Shown here piece after piece: positions 41,201 through 57,868 of a DNA stretch of 64,000 nucleotides. Position numbers and translations under genes: made by a program. The stretch is from Botryllus schlosseri (lineage: Eukaryota), in assembly GCA_051294905.1 (NCBI GenBank), contig CM119385.1, positions 10,974,001-11,038,000 of the forward strand, written 5' to 3'. Position 1 is the stretch's first letter. Each line of letters begins with the position of its first letter. The notes beneath the pieces were generated by a model, which ran no database searches, had not been told where the DNA came from, and worked only from the letters and a program-made list of their open reading frames with translations.

Positions 41201-44200
41201 GGTATCACTTGAAAAGGATTTACACTAGGGAAAATGTTGTATGATCGGCATTACTGATTAGGTTATTGTTATTATTTATGTTATGCTATGCTGAATTTGA
41301 TAATCCCAACCAACTGCAACCAAATTTATAAAGAATATCTGTAATTGTTAATGCAGGGTGTGATCAGACTAGGCTTCTTGTTATAATTACATGCGTCAAT
41401 GTTATTTTCCTTTCGATTCGACGAATCAATAAATATTTCTCTCTCTCTCTATCTCAGAACAGTGCCACTCATGACTAAACTGAAAATACGATATTATATT
41501 GTCTAATGTCAACCCTACCTCTCTTCATGGAGATCCATGATAGATAAAATTCATTTTTAGCGATTGAGAAGACCTTAGTCATGTATCCGATTCTCAATCG
41601 TTTCTACTTGTTGCAGCTTTTTTCCTGGGTGTGATAATAGCCACCGGGGCTCTCTATCTTCTTGTGTCGCCGCGAAAGCAAATTAAGGGCTTCAAACCGC
41701 CGTACATCACACAGAAAATACCGTATAGAATACCGAAATCGGTTTACAACGTCGACGAAATCTACAAGGGCTGGATGAATGAGATCGGAGAATACAACAC
41801 CGAGACGTATCACATCGCGGCTACCACTTCTGTTTTCATAACGCTGGAAGGAAGTACTCTGCGTCTGCAAACTCCAAAGCGGTAATGGCATACTTGTGAT
41901 GCGTTCGTGCGGTGGTGACTTATTGATGGCGTTTCTAGGAATATTTCAAAGCGAGCGGTTCACGGAGAGAAGACGATACAGCCTAGCAACGTGATCGATT
42001 CGCGAGTCTATAGTTTGCGGGACGCGAGAGTAAGCGAATTTTTTGTCGCCATATTCTTTACACCTGCGAAATGTTCCGTGCCTGAGTGTATGAGTGTACC
42101 CGGAGATGGTAAAGAAGTACTTCTACTTTTTGGAGTACTCAAAAAGGTTTTGACTAGAATTGCACTACCAAAGTTGATTTTAGAGCTCTTCTACTCAACA
42201 GTTTTCAGTTTCTTTGGCAAAACTAGGCCTAGAATACTCACTTTTCGATTACTCAGAAATAGTTACTACTCGGGTGGAAATTTACGACATCACTTCTGCT
42301 TCCACTTGAATACAAACAATGATTACGTTGACCACCTCTTGTGATATCAGATTGAATTAACTTCAACCAGTTTTGTGATGACTCGAGTCACCTTTCTCGT
42401 ATGTCATGACTTGACTCGACTCACTCTGCAAAAATGACTTGACTTGAATCCTCAGAAATGCAGATTGGCTCGTGACTCAAAGCAAAAGTTACGAGTCAAT
42501 TTCAAGTCATCAAGTGATCGATGTCGACTAAATTGCCGGATCTTGTATAAGTTCAGATAGCTAACCAATCACTCCATGATTGTGCGTTTTAACGAGCCTC
42601 CATTGTTATATCACAAATAAATTGATCGCAAACGCAGTGATCGGAGCTTACAGCTTCCGTTGTCGTAAACTTGCTCACCTTAACCAACCCTCTTTTATGA
42701 TTTGAATCGAACGAATATCGCTCGTACGTTTATAATTATTATTAATATATGTAGGCGGGTAGGGTATTGCACCATATCATTTTCTGAACTTTCTGAGGTT
42801 TCGTATGTAATCCTGTATTTTGGCTGATAATTATAGACCGAGGCTATACTTGTGTAGTTTAGCAGTTCTACGTATGCGTGAGCGATACAGCGCCTTGTTG
42901 CGTTAACAATTTCTTCATTCATTCCTCGATTCAGAATAAATGGGGATTCCATCTGTATTTAAAACAGTCAGCAAAACGCAATGACTTTGTCTCGTGCGTT
43001 GAAAATTCAATTTGCCTTGACTAGTGACGTGACTCGAGTCACCTCCAAAAATCGTGTCACCTGACTTGACTCGAGTCACCTTTGAAAGTAGAGTGACTTG
43101 ACTTGACTCGAGTCAAAATGTGCAATGACTCAAGATGACTTGTGACTCGAAGGTATTCACTTGATCCCAACATTGACTTCAACTCAAATATTTGCTATTT
43201 ATTCTTTATATTTTTATTTTGGCTTTGACCAGAACCTGTGATCATGTTTTGCTGGTGCTGTATATTGAGATTGGGTTCTGGATTTGGATTTTTCCGGTAA
43301 AGTCCGGGAGAGCGCCAAAGTATTTTCTTCACCACATTCTTCAACTAATTTTCAGGTGTATCTCATACCGTACGACCTCGTGAAAAAAAGGGTGTGGAGC
43401 AAGAAATATCCGATATGTATCGAAATATTGGAGCCGAAACCTGAGAGCGATGCCGGGCCGGAGTCATCCAGTGACGAAATAGTAGAAGGTAACTTGTTAT
43501 TCACTGTGGATTTGCCGACTTCCATTACACGCGCATTTTTCAGAAGAGCGTATATGCAAGGAAAAGATCTATCTCTTCGGTCGAACCTTGCCCGAAAAAG
43601 AAAGATGGTTCTACAGGTGAATTTGATTTTAGCCTGTATCAGGGTGTACACCAGACATGGGGTGATTACTTCGTGAATGTAATCGATTGCGATTACGATA
43701 ACTTCGGAATGACGCGATTACGATTACGATTACGATTACAGCAAAATCAGGAAGTAGTCGATTATGATTACGATTACATTGGAAAAGTAATCACGATTAC
43801 TCACGATTACATTTATTTTGCATCTTAGAAGTTATATCATAAGGCAATATATGGATTGCGCTGAAAAGGCCTAATGAGATAACAACTTTTTAAAAAAAAG
43901 GTGCGACATTTGCTTGTAACGTCATAAAGTAACCATTGCCCATTGTATATTGGAGGATTTATGGCACCCAACGATTTGCATTCATGCCAGGTCCACAACT
44001 GCCGCACCCCAAATTTCCTAATAGGATGGGGAGCGAGCTCGAAGGGGACTCAAAAGTATTTTGTAAACCAACACAAATTATAGACTATTTTCGAGAGATT
44101 TCATGAACTTGGAAATTGTCTACGAGCATCGCGATTTAAATGTCTCTAGATGAGCCCACAATGCAAATGCCACCCGGGCACCCAGAGCATTAAAGACATG

Positions 44201-47200
44201 GCAATTTGTGTGTGCGTCTCACGCAAGTATTTCTTTTGGTCTGCTACGTTTTGGACACAACAATGTCTTTTTATTATATAACAGACCGGAGGTCACGAAT
44301 TAACAACATACCCTAATGCAATTATTAGAAGATACCAGATGTTATAATTTAGGGTTACAATACGTCCTCCTTTAGGATGAATTGTCCTCCTTTTGCGGGT
44401 TTTTGAAAATGTCCTGCGATGACGCTCAAATGTCCTCCTTTTTGAGATTTTGTCCTCTTTTTTTTTTGAAGTTTAGTTAAAATTGAACCGGGATAAAATT
44501 GCACTGATTTCACGCTCAGGCGGATATTTCAGGAGCCGAGCGAAAGTTGACCTTTTCTTTAGTCAACCGACTAGAAGTGGAAAAAATTTACCATTTTTTC
44601 AAGATTTTCCACAGGTATTCTAAGTTTGAAAATTTTAAAAAAGTGTCCTCCTTTCTCGACTCCAAAATATGGTAACCCTATTATAATTATGAATTACGTG
44701 CTCCCAGCTCTTCAGGTAAATCTGACCATCGAGGACTGAGAGAGTATTAAAAATGAATAGTAATATAATGCAATTACCAATGTTATTGACGAAATCTTCA
44801 ACTTGAAAATTAACTACCCTGTGGAGGCCCAATACCAACGTGTGGATTGGGGGACGATTTATCGCTTTTGCCCTGTCCTGATTCTAGCTACAAGACACGC
44901 TAACATTGTATATGGCGACAGTTCCAAATGTTGAGTAAAGAATTGTGAACGATTGGCGCCCGTTTCAAGCAGACTCATATCAGAATAAGAGAAAGTGAAC
45001 ATAAAATTCTCCCTTCAACTTAATACAGATAATGTAATGCAAGCGGCCATTACGAGAAACGGCTCTGTTATGATCTATATCAGCAGCTGTTGATTTTTAA
45101 TGCTTCGTCGTGGAAACCGTAATGATTTATTTGACGAGTAGGCTACAAAATTTCAAACCTTTGTCCGGTATACGTTGGTACTACATAGGCCTACTGCTCG
45201 CGAAGCAGCAACGGTCAAACTGCGTTTAACTAAACATAAACAAACATAAATACAAAAGTTACTATTTTAAAATAGGCAGGGTGGTGATTAATTATCCTGC
45301 TGCGAGGTAGTGGCGTCTGGAATGTATTGATAACCTGATATACAGCACGGCTAGTGTTCTTACAATCACACTAATGTACATCGAATATTTATTCACTATG
45401 TGTGGATAGCTGGGTACTTCTTACGCAATGACGAGCAAAGCTAATAGGCCATTTCTGACGTAATAATGAGCAGTGGCATTTAAAAATCTGACGTTTGTGC
45501 TATCACTAACTGGTATAATACCTCGTCCTTGTTCACGAATGTTCAGTTTCTGTCACAGTCCTGTATAAATTAAAAGTAATCGTTCTTTCACAAAAAAAAT
45601 CGATTAAATATGGGAAGTAGTCGATTACGATTACGATTACTTCTGAATTTTCGCGCATGTAATCGATTGCGATTACGATTACTTGAAAATGCTGTAATCG
45701 TCGTAATCGATTACGATTACTAATCGTGATTACCCCATGTCTGGTGTACACATGATTTTGCCTACCGACACATGCAACCTCGTTTTCATCGCATGTCCTT
45801 TTATGTTATCTTCTATTACTTTCAGTGTGCATGTCGCTTTTGTGCGTACCTGCTCTAAACCACAGTGATTGTCTGATTAAAAGGCTGTTACAAGTCGTTT
45901 CGACACCCTCCCATATTTTCATGATATTGCGGTGTTTTTTGAACAGATAGTATATCGATAAATGACTGACGAATTTCTATTCCTTGTTTACAGTGTTACT
46001 GTATTCCGGCACTAAATCGTTGCTAGCCAACAATGTAAATAAGATTGCAGACCTTTGCTTATATGTGCATATAAATCTCACAATGATAAGCAATATATTC
46101 AATTTATATATATTATTCAGTCGTATATTGAAGTCTCTAAGAGTGTAAACAAAAAATTCCGTAAAATACCTTCTATTCCAGATTTCAGCGTGCCATCGCC
46201 ATCAACGAACAGTTGAAGGACGCAGATAAAAAGGTGAGACTCTTGCAATATTATTCTGCAGCTGCGGTGTTAATTTTTGGATTGTTCTCAAGAAAATGGC
46301 CGAGTCCAGAGCTCTCGAAGAACTAGATGACGAATTTGAGATTATCGACGATAAGAGAGTTGGTTCCATCGATCCCGTGAGATTGCTAGAGAATTACTAC
46401 GTTTACATGTGCCGTCTCCTACCCGATCCAGATCTGTACGGAAAGAATATTCAAACCACAGGTTTGTGGAAATGATCATGTCAGCGGTTTATAGCATTCA
46501 TTATGTGTGCCGTGTACCGCAGGGCCACCGAAGCCAACGCCTGAATTTGATCCGAATATGATTCAGTTTTCGGCGTTAGCACACGATGATGCGTTGCCTG
46601 ATGTCATCACGAGACAACCTGGTTCCAGAATTGTGAGTGAAATGCTTGTTAAATTGGAATCCCTCTTCATTCAGTTTAGACATTTAGGATGTGATTTCGA
46701 TACGTAATCCATCCGCATAGTTGCTTTACGTTGAACCGCACGTATCTCTGATATTGTCTGCCGGTTTCTATGGTTTCGATTTGATTATGTTGCAGTGAAA
46801 AATCAGCATATTTCCCAACCGACATTATATTGATAATTTGCATTACTTGCACTTGGTTGCTTCTGGTACAACAGTTTCAGAGTCCTACCACTCTGTGCTA
46901 GAAATGTGAGATGTGCGAGGGATTAATATCGTTTTGTGAATGCAATGCGAGCGTGGAAAATCACTCACCTTGAACATACGGCACTATTGTGCTGGTTTTT
47001 GAGGGAGCGTCTTGTAACTTTGCAACATTGCTGGACTCTTCACAAACAAAAAATCACAGAAGCATTGTCAAACAAACTACTTATCAGGCTGCTATATCAC
47101 TTCCAGTTTTGCTTTTATAGCATCACTACATCCGACAAAATACATGCTACAGTGTAATCCAAAAACGTTAATGCGGTTCGAAATAGTTGTAGTGTTATAA

Positions 47201-50200
47201 ATTTGTGTAAATTGAATATGTGCTCCTTGAAACCTTTATTTTTAAGCTTTTTGATTTCTCTGTCGTTTTAGACATCTGTCAACGCAAGCGAGCCGACACT
47301 AGATGTCGCGTGGTTCAACGTCGTCATAGGAAGGGTGATGTTCGACTTTCTCCGTCTGCAAAAATGGGCCGATTGGGTCGCGGCGAAACTGCAGAAAAAA
47401 CTCGAGAAAATCCGGGTATAAAACTCAAACAAATTATTTCCATGCGGTTTTCATGTCGGTCCTATTTCCAGTTGCCTTATTTCATGGACGGTCTCAAACT
47501 CACGGCTATCGACCTCGGTAAATCTGTGCCGCTTATTCACAAAATTTCTCTGCCGCGAATCGATGCTCAGGTATCTATCGTGCGTGATTGAATTGGATAT
47601 TTTTGAAACCACACCTTATTTCGGTTTTTGATTCTAAATCCCGATTAAAACTGCAAAAGGGTAGAATCAGTTAGAAAGAGACGAGTTTTAACTAATAATT
47701 TCACGGCTTTTGTATTGAGATGTTTTCTGGTTGATATTGGAACGATGGTTTGAGGACGATATCAATGGGCAATGACACTGCATCGCAAATGTGTGTTGAA
47801 CATGGGTTCAGTTTCAAGACACAATCCTAAATGTGGCACATAGTTAGCATATTCGAGAATGCCGCTTTGAGTAAAAGCATCGATCCAATTTTCTACTCAA
47901 GTAGGAACATTGATTTGTGTCCTATGACCAATATACTTGAATAGGATCAATATATTTGAGACTCAGCGTCAATGGTTTGGTCAATGGTTGAGTGATGGCC
48001 TGTTAGGTTTCATGGATGAGCATGAATTTGGATTCGAAGTGTAGACGGGTTGGAGTCGGAAACTGGTTTAGGAATCCCTCTGAAACCTGATTTGAAATTT
48101 TTTCAAACCATCACACTAATGTTCGTTCGTCCCAGTAGCAATTACAACACACCATTATATTTACAAGGGACACCCCAGTCACACGATTGCGTATGGCTCA
48201 TAGGTACGTTGTAAATCATCAAACGGGAGTTACTGACGGTGCTGGCCAAATTAGTCTGAAGTAGCTGAAAACTGTCAACAGAAATAAGTAGTTCGAGCGG
48301 GAAAAACCTACTTCGAAAATGCACAAGTACTTCGTTACTGACCACCACCAATAGATAGCCAACTGCCTGAAAATGTTCACAACCTCTAAAAATATAGGCA
48401 AAAGTGGCAACCTATAAAAAACCATCAGTGTAGCGTGTAAGCAAGTCCGCGGATGCAGATTTTAATACTATCATCATGAACACATCTGGCAAATCCGGAC
48501 GTGTGGCAACCCTAAAATGGTGTTTTGTGTATGTCGTGTATTGTGTGTATGTCTTTCTTAGTGCTTTGATAATTTCTCGAGTGAGTATGTGTAATGTGTA
48601 TCCTTCCAGGGTATTTGGTTCGACATGGACATCACATACAACGGCTCCGTGCAAATGACGTTAGAAACAAAACTGATGCTCACAAGACTCGGCAAGAAGG
48701 AGACCGAGACACAAAAGTAGGTCACGTCCTGTTACATCCGCGCCATCCCTGCAACGTGTCCAATTCTCGTTACAGCTTTGAAAGCAGGTCATCCGCCGCG
48801 GTAAACAGCGACGAAGAAGACAGCGCTGAATCATCGGACGATGATGAATCTATACTTACGCAGTGGGTTTTGTGAATACGTCATTATGCATTATTACATC
48901 GCATTGTACATTGCGTTTCTTGAGCAGATGAAAATATATAATCCAAGGATTATTATTATTGATCTTTTCTATTGTTTGATTGTAGTAGGTGATTAACAAT
49001 AAGCTGATAGTCTTTGATCACTTGACTATAGCTTTTGGGATTACTCTAACAGCAGATGAATTAATTTCTCTCTGTGGCGATCATGTCTCGTGTTGCATTT
49101 TATCCGAATTCAAATGATTCAGAGCCCTGCCCGCCTACGTTCAACAGCTGGTGCCTAAAGGGAGTGAAAATACAGTGACTGAAAAACACAAAGGTTCCGC
49201 AAAGTCCTCGCTGACCGTTAAAAAAGTCAATCAACCAACGCCTTCGCAAGAGAAAAAATGGGTATGTGCCTGGGTCTCCTTTGATATATCACGTGCCATA
49301 ACCTATCGCACTGTTAATGCTTCACTTTGAATCATCCTCTGTGTGATCGATCAGCTGTCTTGCTCATGAAAAATTTATTGTCATCGATACTGCAATCCTT
49401 GAATGCTATCTTCATGATTTAGCAGTCGAGCGGAATGAGATGTGCTTTACTGTTTTTGTTTCGTCGTTTCAGCTAGTAAACACCACTAATCCATAATCAA
49501 AAGTATGTGACACCTTAACTAAACCTTCTCATTTAATTCATCTTCTTTAGTACTATGCAGTCCTCTCACTTTATACGTTTACTTCAGTGGCATTGCTTTG
49601 GCCACATCTGCTATCATGTTCCACTATGTTCCAGCAATAGGTGATAAAAAGTTCTAGTATTATATTCTGATATGATAGCAACACATTTAGTCATATCTAT
49701 TTCAATGCTGCTCAGTAGCTGTATTGCTCCCTGTCGCCTACTTGAGTATTTCCCTGGCGAAGTCGTATTACATGCTTTGATTGTACTATATAAATTGGTA
49801 TTTTGCATCTAGTCAACTGCTGTTGTGTTTGAAAGTCCATGTGATAATACTCTGCCAGTTGCTCTTGTGATTAGCTTATTGCACGAAAGACAAGTTCTCC
49901 CTACATTTTGGATTCAAAATCTTGTGATTAAACCAGTCATTGACGTTATTGGAACGAGCTGTAGACGTAACGCGCTGTGGTTTTGCTCACGTACAGTCAA
50001 AAGTAATGTCACACAAGACTAGCTAACACTTGTTTTATTTTTTAATCACAGCAAGAAATAACATAGCAAGAACTTTTATTCCATGCAACATTTTCATGAT
50101 TGAATCAAGATGTAATATTTCTGCAAAAACGTGTAATTTTCAAGCTGCTAAAACCAATCTCGTAATGCCAACTGTGTTCACAATTCCACTTGTTCAGGCA

Positions 50201-52265
50201 ATAGAAATATGTCAATAAACCTGACAGGATTAATATCTCTGAAGTGACGAATCGGACTTTGAAAAGCGTTAGAGTAGAAGTCGAAGTAGTTTGAATGTTA
50301 TACGGCATCGGCGGATGTAATTTTATACTTCCTTGAATGCCTCTGTTTTGTTGATGTCATTATAAATGGTATATCACACAGGAACCGCAATAATTAATCA
50401 ATGTTGAAGAAATCAGAGGGCAAAATAACCAGAAATAATCTATGAATATCAGTCACAGAATAAAAAGAAATATGTTTTCGCCACCAACTATCAAAGCTCA
50501 AATTTTGAACCAAATCATGTTAGCTTGTGCTATAGCTCCATTATCGGTGACAATGCTATTATATTGTTATGGCACTACGCAGTGCGCACCCTAACATGTG
50601 ATGATTACTCGCAGGTTCGCATTGTGGACAGCATCACAAAGTCCAAGTACTTCCAAAAGGTCACGGAGAATTCCTACATCAAGAAGAAATTGGAAACCGT
50701 CTCTAATACTCCTTTGATACTCACTGCCGAGCTGAACCAATGCAACGGGACTATCACTCTCAATATTCCTCCGCCGCCCTCTGATAGAATATGGTTTGTA
50801 TATGTTTTCAGTAGAATGCTCGACACACATACTCAGCATTGATGCGTGAATTTAACATTTATAAATACAAATCTTGTTTCCGATTTGTGATTCGAATCCA
50901 GAATAATTTCAGCTCATGTCCAATCATGCTAGTCAAGTAGCAAAAGTAGATGTAACACTGTCAATTTATGCCTGAATATAAGTAAAAGAATTGATTTCAG
51001 AGATGTGCCGCTACTTCAAGTAGAAGTAAAAAGAGAGGTCTCAAAAGTACTGTAGTGACGGTTGTAACCTAGTAACCATGTTCCGAGTCACAAGTCAATT
51101 TGATAGTTTTGACTTAAGCCGAGTCATTTTGAATTCACCACCGAGTCAAGTCCAAATCAGGGAGCAAAGGACCGAGTTCGAGTCATAGCGTTAAGACTCG
51201 AGTCCAAGTCATAGTGTTTACTGTTCATTATCGAGTCCAAGCCAGGTTCAACTCACTTCTGTGAAACTCTTGGGTGATATCGAAGGTCTGGCCTTCATAA
51301 TATAGTCATTTTTTAACTCTAAACATGTTTATTCAAACGTCTGGACACAGTTTCTGGGCCTATTTTCCAATTATCGGTCCTAATATACAAGACTTGAAAA
51401 AGTCGTATGAAAATTGTCGAGTTGTTGGGTCAATATACAAATTGACTCGAGTCTAGTCATTTTTCATTTCTAAGAAGATAACTCCAGTCAAGGAGACTCA
51501 ACGATATATTGCGACAGTCATTACAACCCTGACTGTAGTAGACGTGGAATCATTCTAAAAACATATCCACTTGATTAAGCAGTACAAGAAGGCAAAGCCT
51601 AGTTTAGTAATCTAGAAAAGTATAAGTACCTAGTTGCCGTATGCTATCATGGTGTGTTTACTATAATTCTGCCAGGTACGGGTTCAAAGAACTGCCTGAA
51701 ATGTCGCTGAAGGCGAAGCCTAAGTTTGGCGAGAGAGCCGTCACCGTCGCACCCATCACTGATTGGATTGAGAAAAAGCTGGGACAGGAATTTAATGTGA
51801 GTTTGCTCGCGAGAAGCATGCAGGCCTTGTACAAAATTAAGAATAACAGCTGCCAATTACTGGATACAGCCATGGGGTGATTGCTTCATCCATGTAATTA
51901 CAAATCACCATTACCCTATGTCTGACTATATAGCCTACATTTAATTTATTTAATAAAGGCTTTTTGACCTACTCTCGTTTGTAGATTAGTGTAGGTCAAT
52001 GCAGATAATCCTGTAATTAACATCACTGCTCTTGTGTTGCCAAAGTGACTGGGTCTGAAGCAGCATCAGAACCCATCACGCGAAACATTAAATTTCTGAG
52101 CCATACCTATTCAGTTCATTTGCTCAATGGTAGCAACTTCAGCTTCAGCACTCGTGCCAGTGTATTTACAGACTTTCAATTTGTATTCAGAAATTGTTTC
52201 TGCTTCCAAATATGGACGACATACCGATTCCTATTATGTTCAACAACTTACAGAAGCCGTCGTAG
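38254..52265 (+). CDS. TEX2: Testis-expressed protein 2 (ER membrane; PH-like and SMP lipid-transfer domains), ~987 aa
   Basis: 21 phase-consistent exons: 38254-38868, 39224-39295, 39356-39404, 40175-40253, 40544-40633, 40697-40911, 41617-41881, 41939-42029, 43356-43488, 43544-43616, 46182-46233, 46293-46461, 46523-46632, 47272-47415, 47472-47570, 48610-48716, 48776-48862, 49123-49261, 50615-50793, 51676-51796, 52191-52265 (TAG). Motifs: KGWMNEIGEYNTETYH, KRVWSKKYPICIE, IYLFGRTLPEKERWF, SMP WFNVVIGRVMFDF..LPYFM, PPPSDRIWYGF, PKFGER, LPNMDD. Confidence 0.94.
40995..41115 (+). mobile_element. Hammerhead-bearing repeat fragment (motif 41048-41084) in a TEX2 intron
   Basis: ctgacga-ttgccc-CTGGCGA-G-tgtcggc-C-GAAA-ATAT-TT-gtgtt. 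Flanks are homologous to the reverse complement of 28228-28490. Confidence 0.65.
42368..43175. mobile_element. hAT family B element (TIR CAGTGTTGGGAT, GACTCGAGTC-rich)
   Basis: cagttttgtgat ... atcccaacattg with a perfect TSD acttcaac (42360-42367, 43176-43183). Confidence 0.88.
43652..45743. mobile_element. Non-autonomous hAT element, TIR CAGACATGGGGT, with (GATTAC)n subterminal arrays
   Basis: Perfect TSD gtgtacac (43644-43651, 45744-45751). gattac arrays at 43690-43810 and 45620-45730. Confidence 0.9.
44350..44680. mobile_element. hAT MITE family C (TIR TAGGGTTACCATA) nested in the GATTAC element
   Basis: tagggttacaata ... tatggtaacccta, perfect TSD ttataatt, tgtcctc repeats. Confidence 0.9.
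51057..51531. mobile_element. hAT MITE family A copy inserted into an older AGTA-rich element
   Basis: gacggttgtaa ... ttacaaccctg with a perfect TSD actgtagt (51049-51056, 51532-51539). Confidence 0.88.
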
Positions 52266-52959
52266 CAATTTCCATGGGTGCAATGCATTTCGTTCAATCT
52301 TCACAATTTTTTCCACTTTGACAATAAAACTATGCCTTCTTTACTTTTCGAGGATGGAATACCGCCGTCGTATGTAATGCTTTCTCTCTGTGTGTGATGT
52401 AGCGATGTATCTTCATCGAACATTATTGATGTTCTTAGCTATTGTACGGTATCTGTTTCGTGCAACTATATCGAGTATTGTCCGTATCACTTGTGTTGTT
52501 TTCTGTTGAATGCTGTGAAAATCAAAGTTTATTGACGCATAAACTTAATGACCTTGTATGCTACCCAGACTATTTTCTTCAGTTGCAGCGTCGGAATCCA
52601 AAATTGTCAATTGCGGAAGTCTGAAGTATCACAGATCTAAATACCACTTGGTTACTTTTTCAGGCTTTTTTTGCTTCTACGTATTTTTAAACAAAATTGC
52701 TTGCTTTTTAGATTTTCACGTAGGAAGTGGTATTTGGATTGTTCTGCATCACTTTTAAGAGTGATACCGTGGAAACTGGACCATATATACCATGTATGAC
52801 TAACAGATTATTATAGTCTCACCTATTATTCTCATCGTCATTAGTCATTCTGCGTTGATCGCGAAAACGCTTCTTGCATTTCGAAAACTCGCTGAAGGGT
52901 GACTAACAATAGTACACGACGCATGGTCCGAATGCACTTCAATCTACTTACTTGGGCCA

Positions 52960-53136
52960 GACTGAACCGCAGGGAGGTCAAGTCCGTGTCTCCATTTTCT
53001 TAATGTCCTGGAGTACCTAGCGGGGAAGCCTAGGAAACCAGTTGTATCAGCCAGTCTGGTATGACCCGGCTAGTGGGGCTCAACCCACAGCACAACAACC
53101 GGGAAACTAGGCGCTCTACCGCTGCGACATGGGCTA
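52960..53136 (-). mobile_element. tRNA-derived SINE family S1 copy
   Basis: Minus strand tagcccatgtcgcagcggtagagcgcc...gccgggtcataccagac shares the core with 26111-26352. Confidence 0.6.
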
Positions 53137-54142
53137 TCGTTGGCAACGAGCATGTGGCGCTTCGTTACTCGGAATGTTACACACTTACAGCTATTCCCGT
53201 GTTCTCAATTATTGGATGTATCAATTCCTAAAATAACATCTGTGATGGGCGCAACAAGTGCTGTGCTTGACCCAGTAGACGAAATTATAGGTGATGGCGC
53301 AGCTGGGAGATAATGAATGGAGGAATTAGTTCGTCAGTGCATCCGGTCTTATCGAACTTCGTAAGCAGTACTGTAAGAGTAGACAGTCTTCTTAGTACAG
53401 TCGTGGAAGCTTGTGCGCCGGAGTAGCATATAGTCATTTGCCATATAGTCTATTGATATACAAACAGGTATTCTTATCGACTGACTAAATGCATGGGCGT
53501 TGTTTCTGCATGCGCTCGAGTACTACAAAAATCTGCTCGGCACTCGTAAAACCATATGACAAGTTGAAGGTGCGGCCAATTTATCCGACTTATATATCAG
53601 TGTGTGCAACTGTGCATTTCGCAAGCATGTTGATAGCGCTGATGAGCGTGTCTGAAATATATCATAACATCTGCTAAGTTCTTCGTGGGGCATACACTAT
53701 TCAAAATTGGAAACTCGTACCGGGCGGGGCGATTTTTCTCAGGTCGAAGGTTGCACAAACCTGGCCTATTCAGCTATGCCGTACAATACGATACATTATA
53801 GGCTCTATATATAATAGTTTCGCAATACCGTACATAGGCCTTGCATGATCTTAGGAATAACCAAAGTTAACAGAGAAGGAGGAACAAGCTGGAAGGATCG
53901 AATAATGGCTTAGTCCTGCAACAGTCCGATCAGGTAATGTGGATTGTGGTTCCTAGAGGGCCGTTTTTAACGTATGTCATGGGTTCACGGGCGCTTGCCG
54001 CTTATGTGTGTCAGAGTTTGTCTGGTTCATCATTGGATAATGATGGTCGTCGGATTTCAGCATCCTCATTGCTCTCTTGGTATGCTTGGCCTTATATTTT
54101 CTTGTTGCTGACTTCCTAAACGTTCCGTCCGACTCTATGCTT

Positions 54143-54265
54143 AGGGGAGTTGGCGCAGTGGTGATAAACCTCCGGTTCGATTCCAGTTAGTAGCGAAAGA
54201 GGTTTGTCTGGGCTCCTCCCCTGTGCTGCTCGTTCTCACGGTGACAAAAAGCTCAGAAGAATGCC
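54143..54265 (+). mobile_element. tRNA-derived SINE family S2 copy (internally deleted head)
   Basis: tggcgcagtgg (A box), ggttcgattcc (B box), then gaggtttgtctgggctcc...cggtgacaaaaagctcaga. Confidence 0.62.
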
Positions 54266-55062
54266 AAGTACATAAGTGAATGGAAAGAACAAGAGCCAAA
54301 TAGATCAAGACAGTCGACTAATGAGTGACATCGGGCACAGGTCACGGTGGATTCGAGATCAGATACCGTTAGTCGTTTTGGCGTCCTCCTATCTGTTCAT
54401 TACATCGCATTGTGTGTGTCTTGAGCGAATAAAAAGATATAATTTGACGATTATTACTATTACAGCCTTTATTTGCGAAAAACTCGCAATGTATGTTCTA
54501 CGGGCTCTTTGTGAACTGCTGAACACGCTGACTAGCTGAGTACGAAATCATCAAGCCTCCAAAAGTAGAATGCATATCTTTTCATTATATCGCAATCGTG
54601 TGGTGTGGTCAATTGATAAAAATTTAATAAAATGATGATGTCGCTGCTAGCTTCCTCACTGATAATTTCATACACATTCGGAGGCCAATATTCAAATAAA
54701 TAAAACTTTACGGATGGGTGACTGGGTCATGTGACTTCGCAGCTGACCTAAATCATAACAAAGACTGTGCAGTAAACGATCGCAGCTCTTGGGTTATTTC
54801 GCCATAGTGGTTGTAATAGTCGTAATTTTTTCATGTTTCTCCAAGCAATATGCAATCAAGGAAGAATACGAGATAGACTAAAGAAAGAGATGATGATCTT
54901 TTGTTACCGATGGACGTGCTTGTAGTCATACTTGTTCTACAGTTGTTTGGTAGCGGTCCCTTTTTTCTATTTCAAGTTTCTTTGTTTGATATGATAAAAA
55001 TGGTTTTATCATTATACTATACAGATAAACGAAGATCCGGTACCTAATTTACTTGAAACATA

Positions 55063-57347
<2,285 letters not shown>

Positions 57348-57868
57348 ATTCTACTGCTTTACTCTCTTGTCCGTGTGAAAATAAATATACTTCGATACTT
57401 GGAAATGCTGATGTTGTGTTGTAATCAAAAGATGCACTTGTACATTCTGTAAAAAGTTATTTGTGTCTCATGATAGCTGGTGTAGTGTTATTTTACACGT
57501 TATGTATTATATTGTCATTCGCGACCGTTGTAATGTAGTGTGAATATATTTTCTGCCCAGTTCAATTTTGACCAATTGAATTTGCCACTCACATTCTCAC
57601 CTTTGGTTTACTGCTATATTTGAAGATTTTCATTTGAGAATTGGATAAATGTCTACCCAACGCTAACTTCTCAGTCCCGTGTCATCCGAAACTGAACAGA
57701 GACCGATAAGTGTGCACATTTATTCGTTTTATATCATCTGTATTAGTTTACCAATGTCATGCCATTGTAATGTTGACTTTTACTGGACTTCAAATTGACG
57801 ATGTTTTAAATCTCTTTAGTTTTAAATTGCATCAAATTATTAAGTTTTCTAGCCTAATTGGAGGAACA

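Noticed and set aside
43690-43810. Short-unit arrays (GATTAC, GACTCGAGTC, GACTGACCTT units) considered as CRISPR-like
   Set aside because: There are no constant-length unique spacers and no cas genes, the context is eukaryotic, and the GATTAC and GACTCGAGTC arrays are transposon subterminal repeats.
53627-53670. Isolated hammerhead-like string CTGATGA-G-cgtgtc-T-GAAA-TATA-TC
   Set aside because: The core and palindromic stem III are present, but stem I pairs only with a 4-nt offset (agcg) and 11.1 is U. It is a single copy unrelated to the four-copy family, so a chance match is plausible.
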